From Paraphysomonas bandaiensis (lineage: Eukaryota; Protista; Chrysophyceae): 64,000 nucleotides of DNA. A program made the translations under genes and the position numbers. The stretch is from contig CBFFRP010000231.1 in the NCBI GenBank assembly GCA_965644295.1, positions 1 through 64,000 on the forward strand. Reading direction: 5' to 3'. Positions 13,513 to 27,644 of this stretch are shown one piece after another (position 1 is the stretch's first letter; each line of letters begins with the position of its first letter). The notes below the pieces were generated by a model. It made no database searches, was not told the origin of the DNA, and saw only the letters and a program-made list of their open reading frames with translations.

Positions 13513-16500
13513 ATGGGTGTGTTTTTACTATTATTTCTTGTTTTTTCTATAATTGGCTATGTCGGGGCTACAATGGCTCCTACAATAGCATCTTGTTGTC
13601 CCCCTGGATTCGAAGCGTCTACATCGAATAGTTTTTGTTATAAGGTAGTTTATTCTCCCAAGAATCAGTCCGAGGCCAGCGCTCATTGCTCTAATTTGGG
13701 TGGTTATTTAGCCTCTGTTGGCAGTGCCGATGAAAATACAGAGTTGGCATCTGCTGTAAGCGTTGATTGGACTTGTGGGGGTGTGAATATGTTGATTGGT
13801 ATTGATGATCGTTCATCAGAAGGCACTTATGTATGGGATAGTGGTGAGCCCGTCACCTATACGAACTTTGCCGACACCAACACTGGTGAACTGGACTGTT
13901 CCGTCCTTAATCCTGCTGGAACTTGGAACCATATATCTTGTACGTCACACGATGCTTTTGTATGCGAAGCGGCTCAGACAGTATGTTCGACTCAGCATCC
14001 TACAGCTTCCCCTACTGACCCTGTGATTACACATGGGTGCCCTATTTTCAAACTTCACCTTGTTTCCGGATGCTATAGCATAGAAACGAGTCCCACGTCG
14101 TATGACGCTGCGAAGTTAGCATGCATTTCTGGTGGCGGATACATAGTATCTGTTGACAATACTGAAGAGAATGATGCTCTGATTGCTCATCTCGCCCAGC
14201 AAGAGAAAGATTGTCGTGGTAGCATTTACATTGGACTGACAGACCAAGCTGTGGAGGGTGACTGGAGACTACATGACGATACCAGCGCATCATTTTTTGA
14301 TTGGCAAGGAAACAGTCACTCATCGTCGACTCTGGATTGTGCTGTGATCACGCCTTCTACAGCATGGGATGATGTCGATTGCACATCCTCATATCCTTAT
14401 ATTTGTGAATTTGCCCCACTCTATCCTTCTCCAGCTCCAACCACCACTCCCAGTGGCGGACCAACAGCACAACCGAGTGGGGAGCCTACTTCTGCTCCAA
14501 CCGCCACGATGAGACCATCTGCATCACCTACTACTCGACCATCAGGAGAGCCTAGTAGTATTCCCAGTGGTGAACCGAGTCCTGTTCCCAGTGGACTACC
14601 TTCTTGTCACCCCAGCTCAACACCAAGTGTTTTACCGAGTTGTGCACCAACTGGTCAGCCGAGCTCTTGCCCAACTGCACAGCCCAGTGGTGAGCCGAGT
14701 TGCGTACCCAGTGGAGTGCCTTCCAGTGAGCCCAGCGTACCCAGTGCTTTACCTAGTTGTGTTCCATCTGGTCAGCCGAGTTCTTGTCCAACAGGACAAC
14801 CCAGTGGGAATCCAAGTGGTATTCCAAGCTGTGTTCCCAGTGGACAACCTAGTAATGAGCCGAGTAGTGAACCGAGTGGTGATCCCAGTGGAATTCCCAG
14901 CTGTACTCCTACCGGTGAACCGAGTGGTGTTCCTAGTGGTGATCCGAGTGGTGCTCCGAGTGGTGAGCCAAGTGGTATTCCTAGCTGCATTCCTTCCGGT
15001 GAACCCAGTGGTGTACCTAGTGGGCTACCTTCCAGTGACCCCAGTTCATCTCCTAGTGTTACACCAAGCTCTGTACCATCTGGTCAGCCGAGTTCTTGTC
15101 CCACAGGATTACCCAGTAGTGGTCCAAGTGGTATTCCCAGTTGTGTTCCGAGTGGTGTTCCGAGTGAAACTCCCAGCTGTATTCCTTCCGGTGAACCAAG
15201 TAGTGTTCCGAGTAGTGAGCCAAGTGGTATTCCCAGCTGTATTCCTTCCGGTGAACCCAGTGGTGTACCTAGTGGGCTACCTTCCAGTGACCCCAGTTCA
15301 TCTCCTAGTGTTACACCAAGCTCTGTACCATCTGGTCAGCCGAGTTCTTGTCCCACAGGATTACCCAGCAGTGGTCCAAGTGGTATTCCCAGTTGTGTTC
15401 CGAGTGGTGTTCCGAGTGGAACTCCCAGCTGTATCCCTTCTGGTGAGCCAAGTGCAGTACCGAGTGGTGGACCTAGTGTAGTACCGAGTAGTGAGCCAAG
15501 TGTAGTACCGAGTAGTGAGCCAAGTGGTATTCCCAGCTGTATTCCTTCCGGTGAACCCAGTGGTGTACCTAGTGGGCTACCTTCCAGTGACCCCAGTTCA
15601 TCTCCTAGTGTTACACCAAGCTCTGTACCATCTGGTCAGCCGAGTTCTTGTCCCACAGGATTACCCAGCAGTGGTCCAAGTGGTATTCCCAGTGGTGTTC
15701 CGAGTGGTGTTCCGAGTGAAACTCCCAGCTGTATCCCTTCTGGTGAACCGAGTGGTGTTCCTAGTGTAGTACCTAGTAGTGTTCCGAGTAGAGAGCCAAG
15801 TGGTATTCCCAGCTGTATTCCTTCCGGTGAACCCAGTGGTGTACCTAGTGGGCTACCTTCCAGTGACCCCAGTTCATCTCCTAGTGTTACACCAAGCTCT
15901 GTACCATCTGGTCAGCCGAGTTCTTGTCCCACAGGATTACCCAGTAGTGGTCCAAGTGGTATTCCCAGTTGTGTTCCGAGTGGTGTTCCGAGTGAAACTC
16001 CCAGCTGTATCCCTTCTGGTGAGCCAAGTGCAGTACCGAGTGGTGGACCTAGTGTAGTACCAAGTAGTGAGCCAAGTGGTATTCCCAGCTGTATTCCTTC
16101 CGGTGAACCCAGTGGTGTACCTAGTGGGCTACCTTCCAGTGACCCCAGTTCATCTCCTAGTGTTACACCAAGCTCTGTACCATCTGGTCAGCCGAGTTCT
16201 TGTCCCACAGGATTACCCAGCAGTGGTCCAAGTGGTATTCCCAGTGGTGTTCCGAGTGGAATTCCCAGCTGTACTCCTATCGGTGTTCCGAGTGGTGAGC
16301 CAAGTGCAGTACCGAGTGGTGGACCTAGTGTAGTACCAAGTAGTGAGCCAAGTGGTATTCCCAGCTGTATTCCTTCCGGTGAACCCAGTGGTGTACCTAG
16401 TGGGCTACCTTCCAGTGACCCCAGTTCATCTCCTAGTGTTACACCAAGCTCTGTACCATCTGGTCAGCCGAGTTCTTGTCCCACAGGATTACCCAGCAGT

Positions 16501-19500
16501 GGTCCAAGTGGTATTCCCAGTGGTGTTCCGAGTGGAATTCCCAGCTGTACTCCTATCGGTGTTCCGAGTGGTGAGCCAAGTGCAGTACCAAGTGGTGAGC
16601 CTAGTGCACCTAGTTGTGTACCATCTGGACAGCCGAGGTCTTTTCCTACAGCACTACCCAGTGGTAGTCCAAGTGGTATTCCCAGCTGCGTTCCCACCGG
16701 TGTGCCCTACGGATTTCCTTCGGGTGGGCCTAGCTCAGTCCCAAGTTCTGTACCAAGTTGTGTTCCTTATGGCCAACCGAGTTCTTGTCCTACAGTGTGT
16801 CCCACTGATAAGCCAAGTGGTGTACCATCAAGGCAGCCAAGTGTGCTACCCAGTCATGAACCGAGCACACTGGACATTCCTTCCTTGACACCAGCTTTAC
16901 TTCCAACTGTTGATCCTACGCCCCTTTCGTCGAGTCCGTCGACCACAACCCCGACTGACAGCCCAAGTCGCGTTCTATCGACAATACCAACTATTAATCC
17001 TAGCACAATGAACACGTCGGTGTCCGTACCGCCTACGAATTTCCCTACTGCATCAGCACCTTATGATATTGACTCGTTAGATTTGTACTCCACACGAACA
17101 GAAGTTGTAGTGCATGCCAATTTGTCGCACCCAGGAACACTCTCATGTGGGGCCTATGTTGATGGATCGAGAGTACCTCAATCACAGCGAGAGTTATTTT
17201 ATCGTAGCATTCAGATAGATAGAAATGACTCCACTTTGTATTTGAAGCTTACTGGACTGTACCCTTCGACCCGATATAACATTTACTGCATGATTCTTGA
17301 TAAGAACAAGGGTTACACGGAATCATTAGATAGGGTTATCTCCTCACGCCGACAAATTAAAACGCAATGTTGCATAGATATTGAAGTCGAACTATTGTCC
17401 ACTGTCATATATCACGATGTAGCAAGTATAAATGTTCTCAAAGTTTCAATGGCACCAACCCGTCAAAGTGAAATAGTACTGGTCTTACATTGTAATTTCT
17501 CCGCACACAACGATAGTTCTGTGGTGTCTGTGAATCCGTTTCGATCACCTGTACTCGAAGTCAATGCTACTAGTGTCTCCGGTACGATGTATTCTTCACT
17601 ACCGGCTTTCTTGCCTCACGGCACTTACGTATTGTCATTTTTTATTTCGGGTCCAAATGCAACTGATTACCGTGTTTCGTATGGGTCGTATAAGAACTTT
17701 ACTGTCCCGGAACACTATGAGTTGCCTGCACCCAGAATGTCACGTATAGAGTTTTCCCGTGATGGTACATATCTACTTCTTTCATTTGATTCTGCAACTG
17801 ATAAGGAGCTCTTCGGAAAATCCTTTGATTGTTCATTGCTTTTAGATTTCAATGGTAGTGATATTGCATTGTGCAAATGGGTGTCAGAGAAACAAATGAA
17901 AATAGTTCTTCAAGTAGGTTTGGATATAGGTGACATCGTATTCCTCAAAAGCGGTCTTCTCCAGGCAGCTTGCCCGGGTAAAGCACTATGTGAGACTTGG
18001 CCAACATCAAAGCGTCATAGCCTGCCTATTGCAGCGTCATTAGATACTGTTGTACCTTCGATTCATATATCATCACCTGGTACGATACGTGGTTGTGAAA
18101 GTTTCGTGTTGGATGTTTCTGCTTCAACTGGTCACGGTGGACGAAATTGGAGGACCGTTAACATAACACTAAGTAGTCCATCTGGCGCCGACGTTTTCAA
18201 TGTCTCGAAATTCTTTGAAGAAGAGTACGATGTAAATACTCTCACTGGCACACCACCTCACCTATTTGAAACGAATCACGTATATGAGATTTCAGTGGAA
18301 TTATGTAATTTTTTGCGGAAGTGCAGTAGTATTGCTGTACACACACTTGCAGTGACTGATACTACCAGACCAGTGACTCATATTTGGGGGCAAAGAAAAT
18401 ATTCTATACAAAGAAACAGTGCACTTGACTTATATGCAACGGTACATTTGAGTTCATGCAACCTAGTTGATTCATTGAATCATGTGGAGTTACGTTGGCA
18501 AGTATTTGACAGTCGAGAGCTTATCTCTAATTACATATCGTCAGTGTCTTTCCCGTCATCGAGGTTTCGACTGGACCCGTTTACTTTGCATGAGAGAGGT
18601 TTGTATACAATCATTTTAATGGCCACAGATCCCCAGAATGGTTTTTACGACTCTGATATTATTAGAGTTAGTGTTGAGAGAGGGGATATCGTTGCAGTCC
18701 TGGATGGGGGAAGTCACCAAAGCATATGTATAGGAACCTCTCTACTTCTCGATGCATCTAAAAGCTTCGATGAAAATGTTGCAGTTGTTACTGGATCTGC
18801 AGCGGGTTTGTCGTTTTCTTGGGTATGCAAGTTAATTGTTCCCTTGGATCCAGGCTCTTGTGGAGTCAGACTGGATGACACCAAGCAGCAAAGTGTGATA
18901 GCGCTTGCTGACAAGGCTATTTATATCAATTCCACTTCTGAGATTACTTTGACTGTTTATGACTCTGAAAGATTCGACGAAGCAGTAGTATACGTGGAAG
19001 TGCTACCTCCTCGATCCACAATTATATCAATATCTCGATCTCAAAGGAATGTAGTCAGTGAAGCAACAGTGAAGCTTTCTGCTTCTGTGAGAGTATTTGA
19101 AGCTCAAACAGCTGTTTGGACCGTGGATGATACAGATCTTTACATGCCATTTATTGCGTTGACCCCACACATAAAGAAAATACTTCCCGATACACACTAC
19201 TTTCCTTTGATTTTAAAAGCCAGCGAACTTCCAACGGAAATACCATTGACTTTTTCGTTAAGTTGTGGAGCTAGCCACGCTTCTGTATCAGTGGTTGTTG
19301 TAAACCCTCCAGTACCCGGTCGACTGAATGTTGTACCCGAGAGTGGTATAGCACTCTCCGAACGTTTTGACATGTTTGCATCACAGTGGACAGACATAGA
19401 ACTACCACTGACTTATATGTTTGGCTATATAGCACCTGTTGGATCGAAAATGGTGTTACAGGCTCGGTCAGAATGTACATATTCATCAAGTCTATTACCT

Positions 19501-22500
19501 CATGGCAGATTTGTAGAGAATAATGAAGTTATAACATTTGTGGAAGTGTTCAATTTTCTTGGAGCGAGAAATAGGTTGAGCGTTGTTGCTTCGGTTACAC
19601 CGTCAAATGGTACATACGAAGATTTGCTGTTGTTTTTTGAGGCCTATTCTATTAAGAGCTCTGCTGAGTTTAACACTGACATCGTAAAGCAAGCGGTGTC
19701 GATTGTATCGACTACACTGAACACACCAACGTGTTTAAGTAATTGCTCTGATTTAAACAGGTATGAGTGTTTAACATCTCAGAACTCTTGTGGAGATTGT
19801 ATGTATGGTTTCTATGGTGATGACATTTCCACAAACACTAGGTGTTACGATATTGATAATCATTCTGACCCCATTATAGTTGGGCCAAGTGATCCGTGTG
19901 TCGATTCTACTGACTGTGGTGTATTTCATGAATGCATTGATGGTGTATGCACTCGGTTGACCAAATCTTGTCCGAATAATTGTTCTGACCATGGATTGTG
20001 TGTACCGACAGTGTATCCGACAAGCACGTCTGAATTTCAATGCTTGGTCGGTGATTTACATTGCCAAACGATTTGTCAATGTTACGCTGGTTTTTCCGGC
20101 GAGGACTGCTCCATGCAATCATATGAAGCAGAAGTTGTACAAACCATGAGAAACCTTATGGCTAATGCCGTTGATGAATTGATACTTCGAGAGTATGTAA
20201 CTATTGACTCGGCACAAAGATTTGCTGATATGGTGTATGAGATCGGGCTAAACAAGTACCAATTGTCCGGAGTAGCATGTGATACGTTAATGAAAGTTGT
20301 ACATCACTTGGTGGATATATTTTCCGAAAGCCCTGATGTGGAGTTTACTGAGGTGTGGCGTTTGTATGAAGTCGTTAGCAATTGCTTTCATGTTTACACG
20401 AGCAACTCCATTTCGCAGAGTAGCGATAACTTGAAAAATTGCACATCGGCTCTGTCTGAATTAACGTTGCTCACATTGAACTTTCCTGTAGTTGACCAGG
20501 ATACTCGAGAAGTAATCGAAGATTCATTTCGAATTAGCATGATGGTGCTGCCAGGTACCACTTCGGGAAGTGTGGTTATACAGCCACCCCAAGCTATTGC
20601 GGAAAGTGTTCTTCGTATACCTGCGGCGACAGTTGATATGAATATTGTTTCTAATTTGCAATCTCCGATAAGGATTGCACTCACAGAGACTGTTGCTCGT
20701 TTGTATGAGAATCGATCTGAAATAGTTGCGAATCCATTGAAAATTGTTTTGTCGAATACATCTATTGTGTCTGACATCTATTTCTTTTTCAACACCTATG
20801 CCTCAACCAACTTTACAAATGTAACAAGTGATGTATTTTCCACAAGATGCACTCCACGTGACAACGGAGAAGTCTTTGAATACTTCTGTCCCAATGGGAA
20901 AATTGTAAGACATAAGTGTAGTGGAGGTTATGCTACCATGTCGTCCACATGCTCTGTAACAAATTTCAGTCCAGTGTGTGGCATCATGGTGAACGGGAAA
21001 ATAGAAACTGAAACTGTCTGCTCTGTGGCATCATACTCCAATGAGTACATGCTATGCCAATGTAGCTTCCAAGAAGAGTCGCATGGCAGGCGACTTGGCG
21101 TTTTCTCAGCTGAAAATGGAGCTGAAGTTTTTGCGATGTCAAAGTTTGTGGTTGAAGATTTTTATGACACCCTTCTCACTGTTGACGAACTTGGTGTCAA
21201 TGATTTGAAAGGATCTGTAGCTGTCATATTAATGTTTATTGTTTTGTGGATTTCTCTTCTTTTCCTGGTTTCAGTATCTACAGTTCTTGATGTGAGCTCT
21301 GAAAAGAAAAAGATAAACGGTCGTCGGATGAGTCTTGAGCGAAAGTCCAGTGTGACTATGTACAGTGACCCAAAAGTATTACGAGTGTATCTGTTGGATC
21401 ATTTCAAAGGAATATTTCCTATTATTTTCAGACCCGATAGTGATTCTTGGAGAAGCTTGTGTGACGAGATTCAAAAGCACCATCGTTACATTAAGGTATG
21501 CATTTACACAGCTGTGTGGCTTTCCGACTTACTTTTGCTAGATGTTTACGGCGAGAGGTCCTGACGCAGAGAGCATCAAATTTCGAACTGCTATGCAAAT
21601 GCTGACGGTCCAGAGCATGTACGTAGTAATACTTCATATAGTAAACTCTAATGTTTATATCTGCAAGGTTGATATTTTTTATGGCTGTATTCTACGATTT
21701 ACAGGTTTGTATCTATTATTGTATATGCTACTCAACCCTCATGCGTGTATAGTACCCTGGAGATGATGGAACTTGTTCTTTAAAAGTTACCGAAGAAAGT
21801 TGTTTACACGAAAAGTCTGTGTTTGATAGCGACTACAACAAATGTGAATGGATAAATGTGAGGTCTGATGAATATATGTGTCAGTACAGACAAGTCACTC
21901 TTACTACAACGGTACGTCGTACAGAATTCATCCTGTGGTTATTTATTAACTGTTTATCTAGACTGTCATATTGATTGGGATGATGATGACAGTGTTTATT
22001 GCTCCAATAAATTCTATACTGGGTAAGTGTGTATATCTGATTTAGTCACTTTTAGCGGATGTACGATTTTAGATTTCCTCTTTGACGAGATTATATGTGC
22101 CCCGACTGCCGATGATACAAACGCTCTCCGATCGCTGTCCGACAGTAATATGGCAAATAAAATTCGACGTGTCATAAGTAGGACTTTAACAAGTATGGCA
22201 TCCGTTCCTCGTAAACTTAGTTTTGGACTTGACGCTGTAAGGAAAAAGTTGGTCGTGGAGGAAACAAGGAAAGTATGTGGCAGTGTGTTACAATCTCATG
22301 CACTTGCTTCTTTAGCTGTTCGGAAGGCACGGTCTATATCAGACTCAAAATTACGTGTTTCTGATGTGGAAGCCACAGACGAGTTACCTCGACAAAATAA
22401 ATTTTCTATACTAGAAGTTGCAGATAATAGCGTCAAAAAATGTGACAGAAAGTACAATTTTTCTGAGTTCATGCAGCTTCTCTCCCAGCAGAACAATGTC

Positions 22501-24390
22501 CTAACAGGGGAAAGCAGGAAACGACTAAGGCAATCATGGATGTAAGAACGCTCAATATTTAGGATATAATATAAAGAGAATTGTTGCTTAGGCTTGATGA
22601 ATCTGGGAAAATGGAGTCGTTTCCAACATTTTCTATTTTCTTTGGTTCTTCAATTTCAATGCGACGATTCGTTAAACATGAAATTCAAGAGGTGGAGAGT
22701 ATTGCCAAGGCTAGAATTAAAAGGCTACGACATGCTCCAGATGTACATAGTAAGTCGCTGAAAATATATGACTTTTTTTCTTAAGATATGTACAGTTGGA
22801 TTGGAGTTGTGTCACATGTTCGTCATGGATCTTCTTGGCAGGTATTGCGCATTGTTCAATATATGCAAAGTTTGTAATATCGGGTGGTCCTATTTAGAAC
22901 TACACCGGAGGCAAAGATATTTGAATATAAGACTGATGAAGAGTAAGTGTATATGACTATACACTCTATTTAAGACGATTCTATATTCATGCGTACTGAG
23001 AAGTACTTTGATTAAATACATGATATTGTTTCACAGGTTTGGTCGTAGCATTGTGGTCACATCTCTTGCCAAGGGGATTGCATGGTTTCTTGTGTTTTTG
23101 ATAAATATATTTTTTGTGTTTTTTACTCTTCTGAGGTCTATCGAAAGGGATCTAGCTTGGCAAAAGGGCTTCATGATTGCTTGTCTCATACGTAAGCTAT
23201 GATGCATACTTCCTAACGTCATAACAAAGTTTTAGAGATGGTTGTTGAGGTTTTTGTGTTTGAATCAATGGAATGCTTGTGGATACATTACTCCGTTCCA
23301 TCGTTGGTAGGTGTTTTTGTGGAGTTGGCGCACTTACTGAGCGTATTGGTTGTAGGTTCGTGAGGACGTAGAGACCGCAGTACAAACGCTATATAGGGCA
23401 ATCAACTGTTCGTTATCTCAAGATATGTCAAGAAATTTAGTTCTGAATGCACCAGACTATTTCTTTGTCTCGAATAGAGTTGCACGTATGCATCCGACAT
23501 TGTTCGAAAGTTCAGTTATCTTATCATATCAGACATATCTTGGTGGCAACGTTGCCAAACACTTACAGTCTAAAGTGAGGAAGCGATCACGCAGCACGCT
23601 GCAGTCACTTATTGATTTTAGTTTTCGTTTGATTACTGGTTTAACAGTTGTCGGAATTATGAAAGCAATTGGGTGCCTTCCACTCCCGGTTCAACGATTA
23701 GCTGTCCACGCTATACAGCCTGCATTTTTGACTGCTTTACTTTATGCTATCAGCATGATCGTTAAATCTCCGTGGATATCTCGTGGAATTATAATATTTT
23801 TTCTATCTCAACTCGTGATATATATTGTGTACTCTCGACAAAAAAGCAGAGCTCGAGTGGCTAAAATATCAAAGATATTGTCGGCTGCTTCCGGAGATTA
23901 TAGTCATTCCATATGCGAAGACGATGAAAGTATCGATGACTTGTCAACCTTTGAGAATGATGCGTCAATGTCGTCTCCTGCAAACAGCGGGTCCCCTGCG
24001 ACACCAGTTGACCGCCGCCGAATGACACAGCCAGGGACAAGTGAGTGCGTTATTGATGTTGTCCCCACACCGGACGAATCTCCAACATTGCTGTCAGACA
24101 CAGAACTTTGCGATACTTGTGGAATAAATGATCGATGCCGTCGAAATATTCGTACGCAGGCTAGTCTCAAATCGCTTGAAAGCTTTTCCCAGGACGATAA
24201 AAATGAACACGATGATGTAGGGCTGGACCGAACGGAATATGTGAACAAAGTAAAGTCATCTCGTCGAAGCTGGAGTTTCGGTGGTCGCCGCAGCAGCGCG
24301 GACTATGAACTTCCAGTTCGTCAAGTTGTCTCCTCGAGGCATGTTGTGCCACCGAGGCATGCTTTCTTCAATGAGATGGAGTCACTTTGA
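13513..24390 (+). CDS. Giant cell-surface protein: signal peptide, 2 C-type lectin domains, P[ST]xx stalk, REJ/PKD-like region, EGF-like repeats, GPS-like motif, multi-TM C-terminus (polycystin-1-like)
   Basis: 8 kb first exon. CTL motifs (GGYLASV..EN, IGLTDQAVEGDW, WDDVDC..PYICE), LLLDASKSFD, NPPVPGRLNVVP..GIAL, W.DIELPLTY.F, CPNNCSDHGLC, CQCYAGFSGEDC and MLCQC..RRL. Downstream spliced hydrophobic exons run to the stop at 24390. Confidence 0.85.
14437..16860 (+). repeat. Coding 12-bp (P[ST]xx) repeat with six higher-order units of 252-300 bp
   Basis: Near-identical units start at 14965, 15217, 15517, 15793, 16069 and 16345. Confidence 0.95.
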
Positions 24391-24740
24391 TGGAGTATGA
24401 AGTAAATATTTTTGTTGCTTGTCAGAGCAGTTTAATGAACACTACAAAGTTTTCTATAAATTACTACGAAATAAATAAAAGTATGTAAACCGGTGTTGAT
24501 AATTAATATAAAGTGCATTTTACGCTGGCTATGTCTATGTTGTATTTTATCAAAGAAATATGCGATACGGCGTGTGTTCACCTCACTTTACGGCTGAACC
24601 AAAAGTATTAAAGCTTGGATAAAAATATATTAATTAAGGAGTAATATAGAAGTATACATGTACCTAGTACTTAAGTAGTACGTTTTTATATAATTTTTAT
24701 GTGCCGTTGCAATACTAGTTAGAGAGTTCAGACAGGTAGT

Positions 24741-25660
24741 GAATGTCAGGTTATAGCAATAGGAGTTTAAGAATCAGAACAAATGTAGCAAAACAATTTA
24801 ACTAACTAATGCTTAACTCTGATATCCCACTATATTTAATTAAACGAAAGTTGTTTGTGCGTCACCACAAGCACCAAGGTGCAACCACTTTCGCTCTCTG
24901 TCCTTAAGGTGGACTAGCCCGGATGCTTATCTTCAGTTGACAGCTCAATACCCATTCTCGGATGCCTGTTTATTCGCCAGGGCCCAAAGACATCTACACA
25001 AGTGACTCTAATTAGTGTACCTTGCACCACACAAGCATTTGGTTATGAGTGGGCAGAACAATATCTGCTGACTATTATATAAGCGGCTTGCGTTAGTTTG
25101 CCGGAGAAATATCTCCTGTAGTTATCCCACAGAACACCACCACGAGAAGGTGCAAGTACGACTTTGTTGAGAGTTGAATGTTTAATTTTTGTGTGTTCTG
25201 GAGGATAAGTACCGGAGATATTTCTCCGGCAAACTAACGCAAGCCGCTTATATAATAGTCAGCAGATATTGTTCTGCCCACTCATAGCCAAGTGCTTGTG
25301 TGGTACAAGGAACACAAATAAGTGTCACTTGTGTAGATGTCTTTGGGTCCTGGCGAATAAACAGGCATCCGAGAATAGGTCCACCTCAAGGGTAGCTGGG
25401 ATATTGTGTTGCCTACTGAAGTCAAGCATCCGGGCTGTTCACCTTAAAAACTCAAAAATCTTGAAGTCAGCAGATACCAGGTATATCAACATTCTACATG
25501 CGCACTGCGCTTGCTTTGAGTGATAGAGCAAAAGCGGTTGCACCTTGGTGCTTGCTGTGATATACAAGCAGCTTTTGTAGCGTTAAATAGTAGAATAACA
25601 GAGTTGTTTAGCGCTAGTTAGTTAGACTCTCAAACGCCTATTGCTAATAATAAGACATTC
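24741..25660. repeat. Long imperfect inverted repeat (foldback); core arms 24954-25137 / 25193-25376, ~55 nt loop
   Basis: 25044-25116 is the exact reverse complement of 25214-25286 (73 bp). Further paired blocks extend out to 24741/25660. Confidence 0.95.
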
Positions 25661-26412
25661 GCAACAGACATGCAAGCACTATGAAAGTAAGGTATTTTAA
25701 GTAATTAGTGCTCATTCTTTATGTAGCCAAATATGAGTAAATCTTATGCATAAATTTCTTGTATTCGTGCTAATAAAAATACAATTGCTCCAACTTAATT
25801 ACCATGCTACAGCTGTATCTAGGCATGGCACGTTGTCAGAAAATTTCCATCATTATATTGGGATCGTTAATTTTTAACAGGTCAGAACTAGGAAGTTAGG
25901 GGGAGATTGTGATCTTGCTGTCAAAATAATCTACTACTGAGTTGTGAAATGAGATGTGTACTACATAAAATTTGTTGTTGTCGGGTGAGTAGTGCTCTTT
26001 TCCTGGGAGTAGTTATCACATTATATGTATTAACTATTGATGGTTACATGCTGGTGATAATGAAGGTAAAAGATTCATGCATAACACAATCTGGATAACT
26101 GGAACTTTAGATATAATCACAAATAGTTCCATGTCATGATGAGTGCACTGCACATGCGCCTAATCACGTTACTAGTAATATAAGTATTGTTACAATAGAA
26201 TGAGTGATTGAGTGACCACCACATATGTGAAATACTGCTGTTATTATCCTGGTTGTCAGGAGAGGTATATCCTGCTGTGGTCAAAACCTGCCACAGCCGT
26301 GTTTTTAAAATAACCTTGCAACTATAGTGAGTTAGTTAGAACTATCAGTGCGAAATGCTAAGCACTAAAGGCACACCGAATGAACTATATAATAATATTA
26401 AACAAAAATACA

Positions 26413-27392
26413 TATAATACTTAGCTACATATCAATCAGAATCATGATTGACAGACACCTACTGAACATACTCTCTACTAGATTACACAATAATTGAGCT
26501 GGAATATCATTCCAAATCAAACGGCCAAAAGTTGCCTAAACAGCTCCTTCGCATTCCTTGGTTTGTGATCCCTCATGCAATCGTCTATCTGAATCACTTT
26601 TGATACGACGTCGTAAAGTACGCTCACTGACATTAATGGAAGGCAATGCATTTTTCAGAGACGGTCCAGTAACGCGTTGTGACTTACGAGCCTCACGAAG
26701 AATCATACTATCTTCTCTTGCAGTTGTTTTTCTCTTACGACCACTACCAGGACACCGATCATAATTATTAGAAACCTTTACTCTGTTGTATACTCTACAT
26801 AAATTACTTGGATTCATATGCATTTGCTTAGCAATCTCACGAAATGTTAAACCCGATTCTCTGAGTGCCACTAACTGCATCTTATCAAGAGGATTCATAT
26901 GATAGTGTGTTCTAGGACTCTTTCCTTTTAAATTCTTACGTTTACGTGTTGTCATGAATGAAATTATATGGATATATATATGCTTTTAATAGATATGATT
27001 ATGGATTGTGAGATATGTGAGATACTGTCAGATCCATATGACGAGATGGCTTGATTTGAATTATGAATAAAGCATAAGAAATTTTATCAAAAATATGTAT
27101 TTTTGAGTCATTATTTCTAGTTTTTTCGCAAAAATAACCACTTTTAGAGCAGTAGATGATGTAGTAATTTATAAAAAGCATGTTTTTTAGAATTTCAGGT
27201 GGGAAAAAGTTGGAAATAAGGTGTTGAAACGAACCTAATCAGGCTGGTGGATAAAATCATCCATTTTTCAATAACAGGAAATGGAAATATCTCATTTTTT
27301 GAAATCAACTAAATAAAAAGTATAAAAGTCATCATTTTCTGGAAATGTAAACACAAAATCAACTGAATATCCCAACAAAAACGGATACAGTA
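26413..27392 (-). mobile_element. Internally deleted Tc1/mariner element (non-autonomous)
   Basis: ORF 26536-26955 has paired-like HTHs (GLTFREIAKQM, PGSGRKRKTTARED, VSERTLRRRI). It is followed in shifted frames by the Tc1 C-terminus (KPRNAKELF..WNDIP..LCNLVESM..RC..KY), with no DDE core between. Outer limits are uncertain. Confidence 0.75.
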
Positions 27393-27644
27393 CTCTCCCT
27401 ATATATATATATGTGTATACACTGTATGTGTGTATGTAATAAAGCATACACTCGAATGAGAACAAAACTCCTTGCTTGATATGTATGTAGAAATCAGATG
27501 ACTATGACAAGAGATACAACTGATTACTAAGAACAATCATCATTGTAGAACGATATGATATAGTGTGATTGATAGTCTATAAGATCTCTTTGTAATCAAT
27601 AGACATAACGTGTGATAGAGTCCTATGGCAGTTAGTGTATAGTG

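Noticed and set aside
14567-16888. Alternative-frame and antisense V/P-rich ORFs
   Set aside because: Shadows of the 12-bp coding repeat.
25269-25523. 84-aa ORF inside the foldback
   Set aside because: Non-ATG start, no motifs, and it lies in a palindromic arm.
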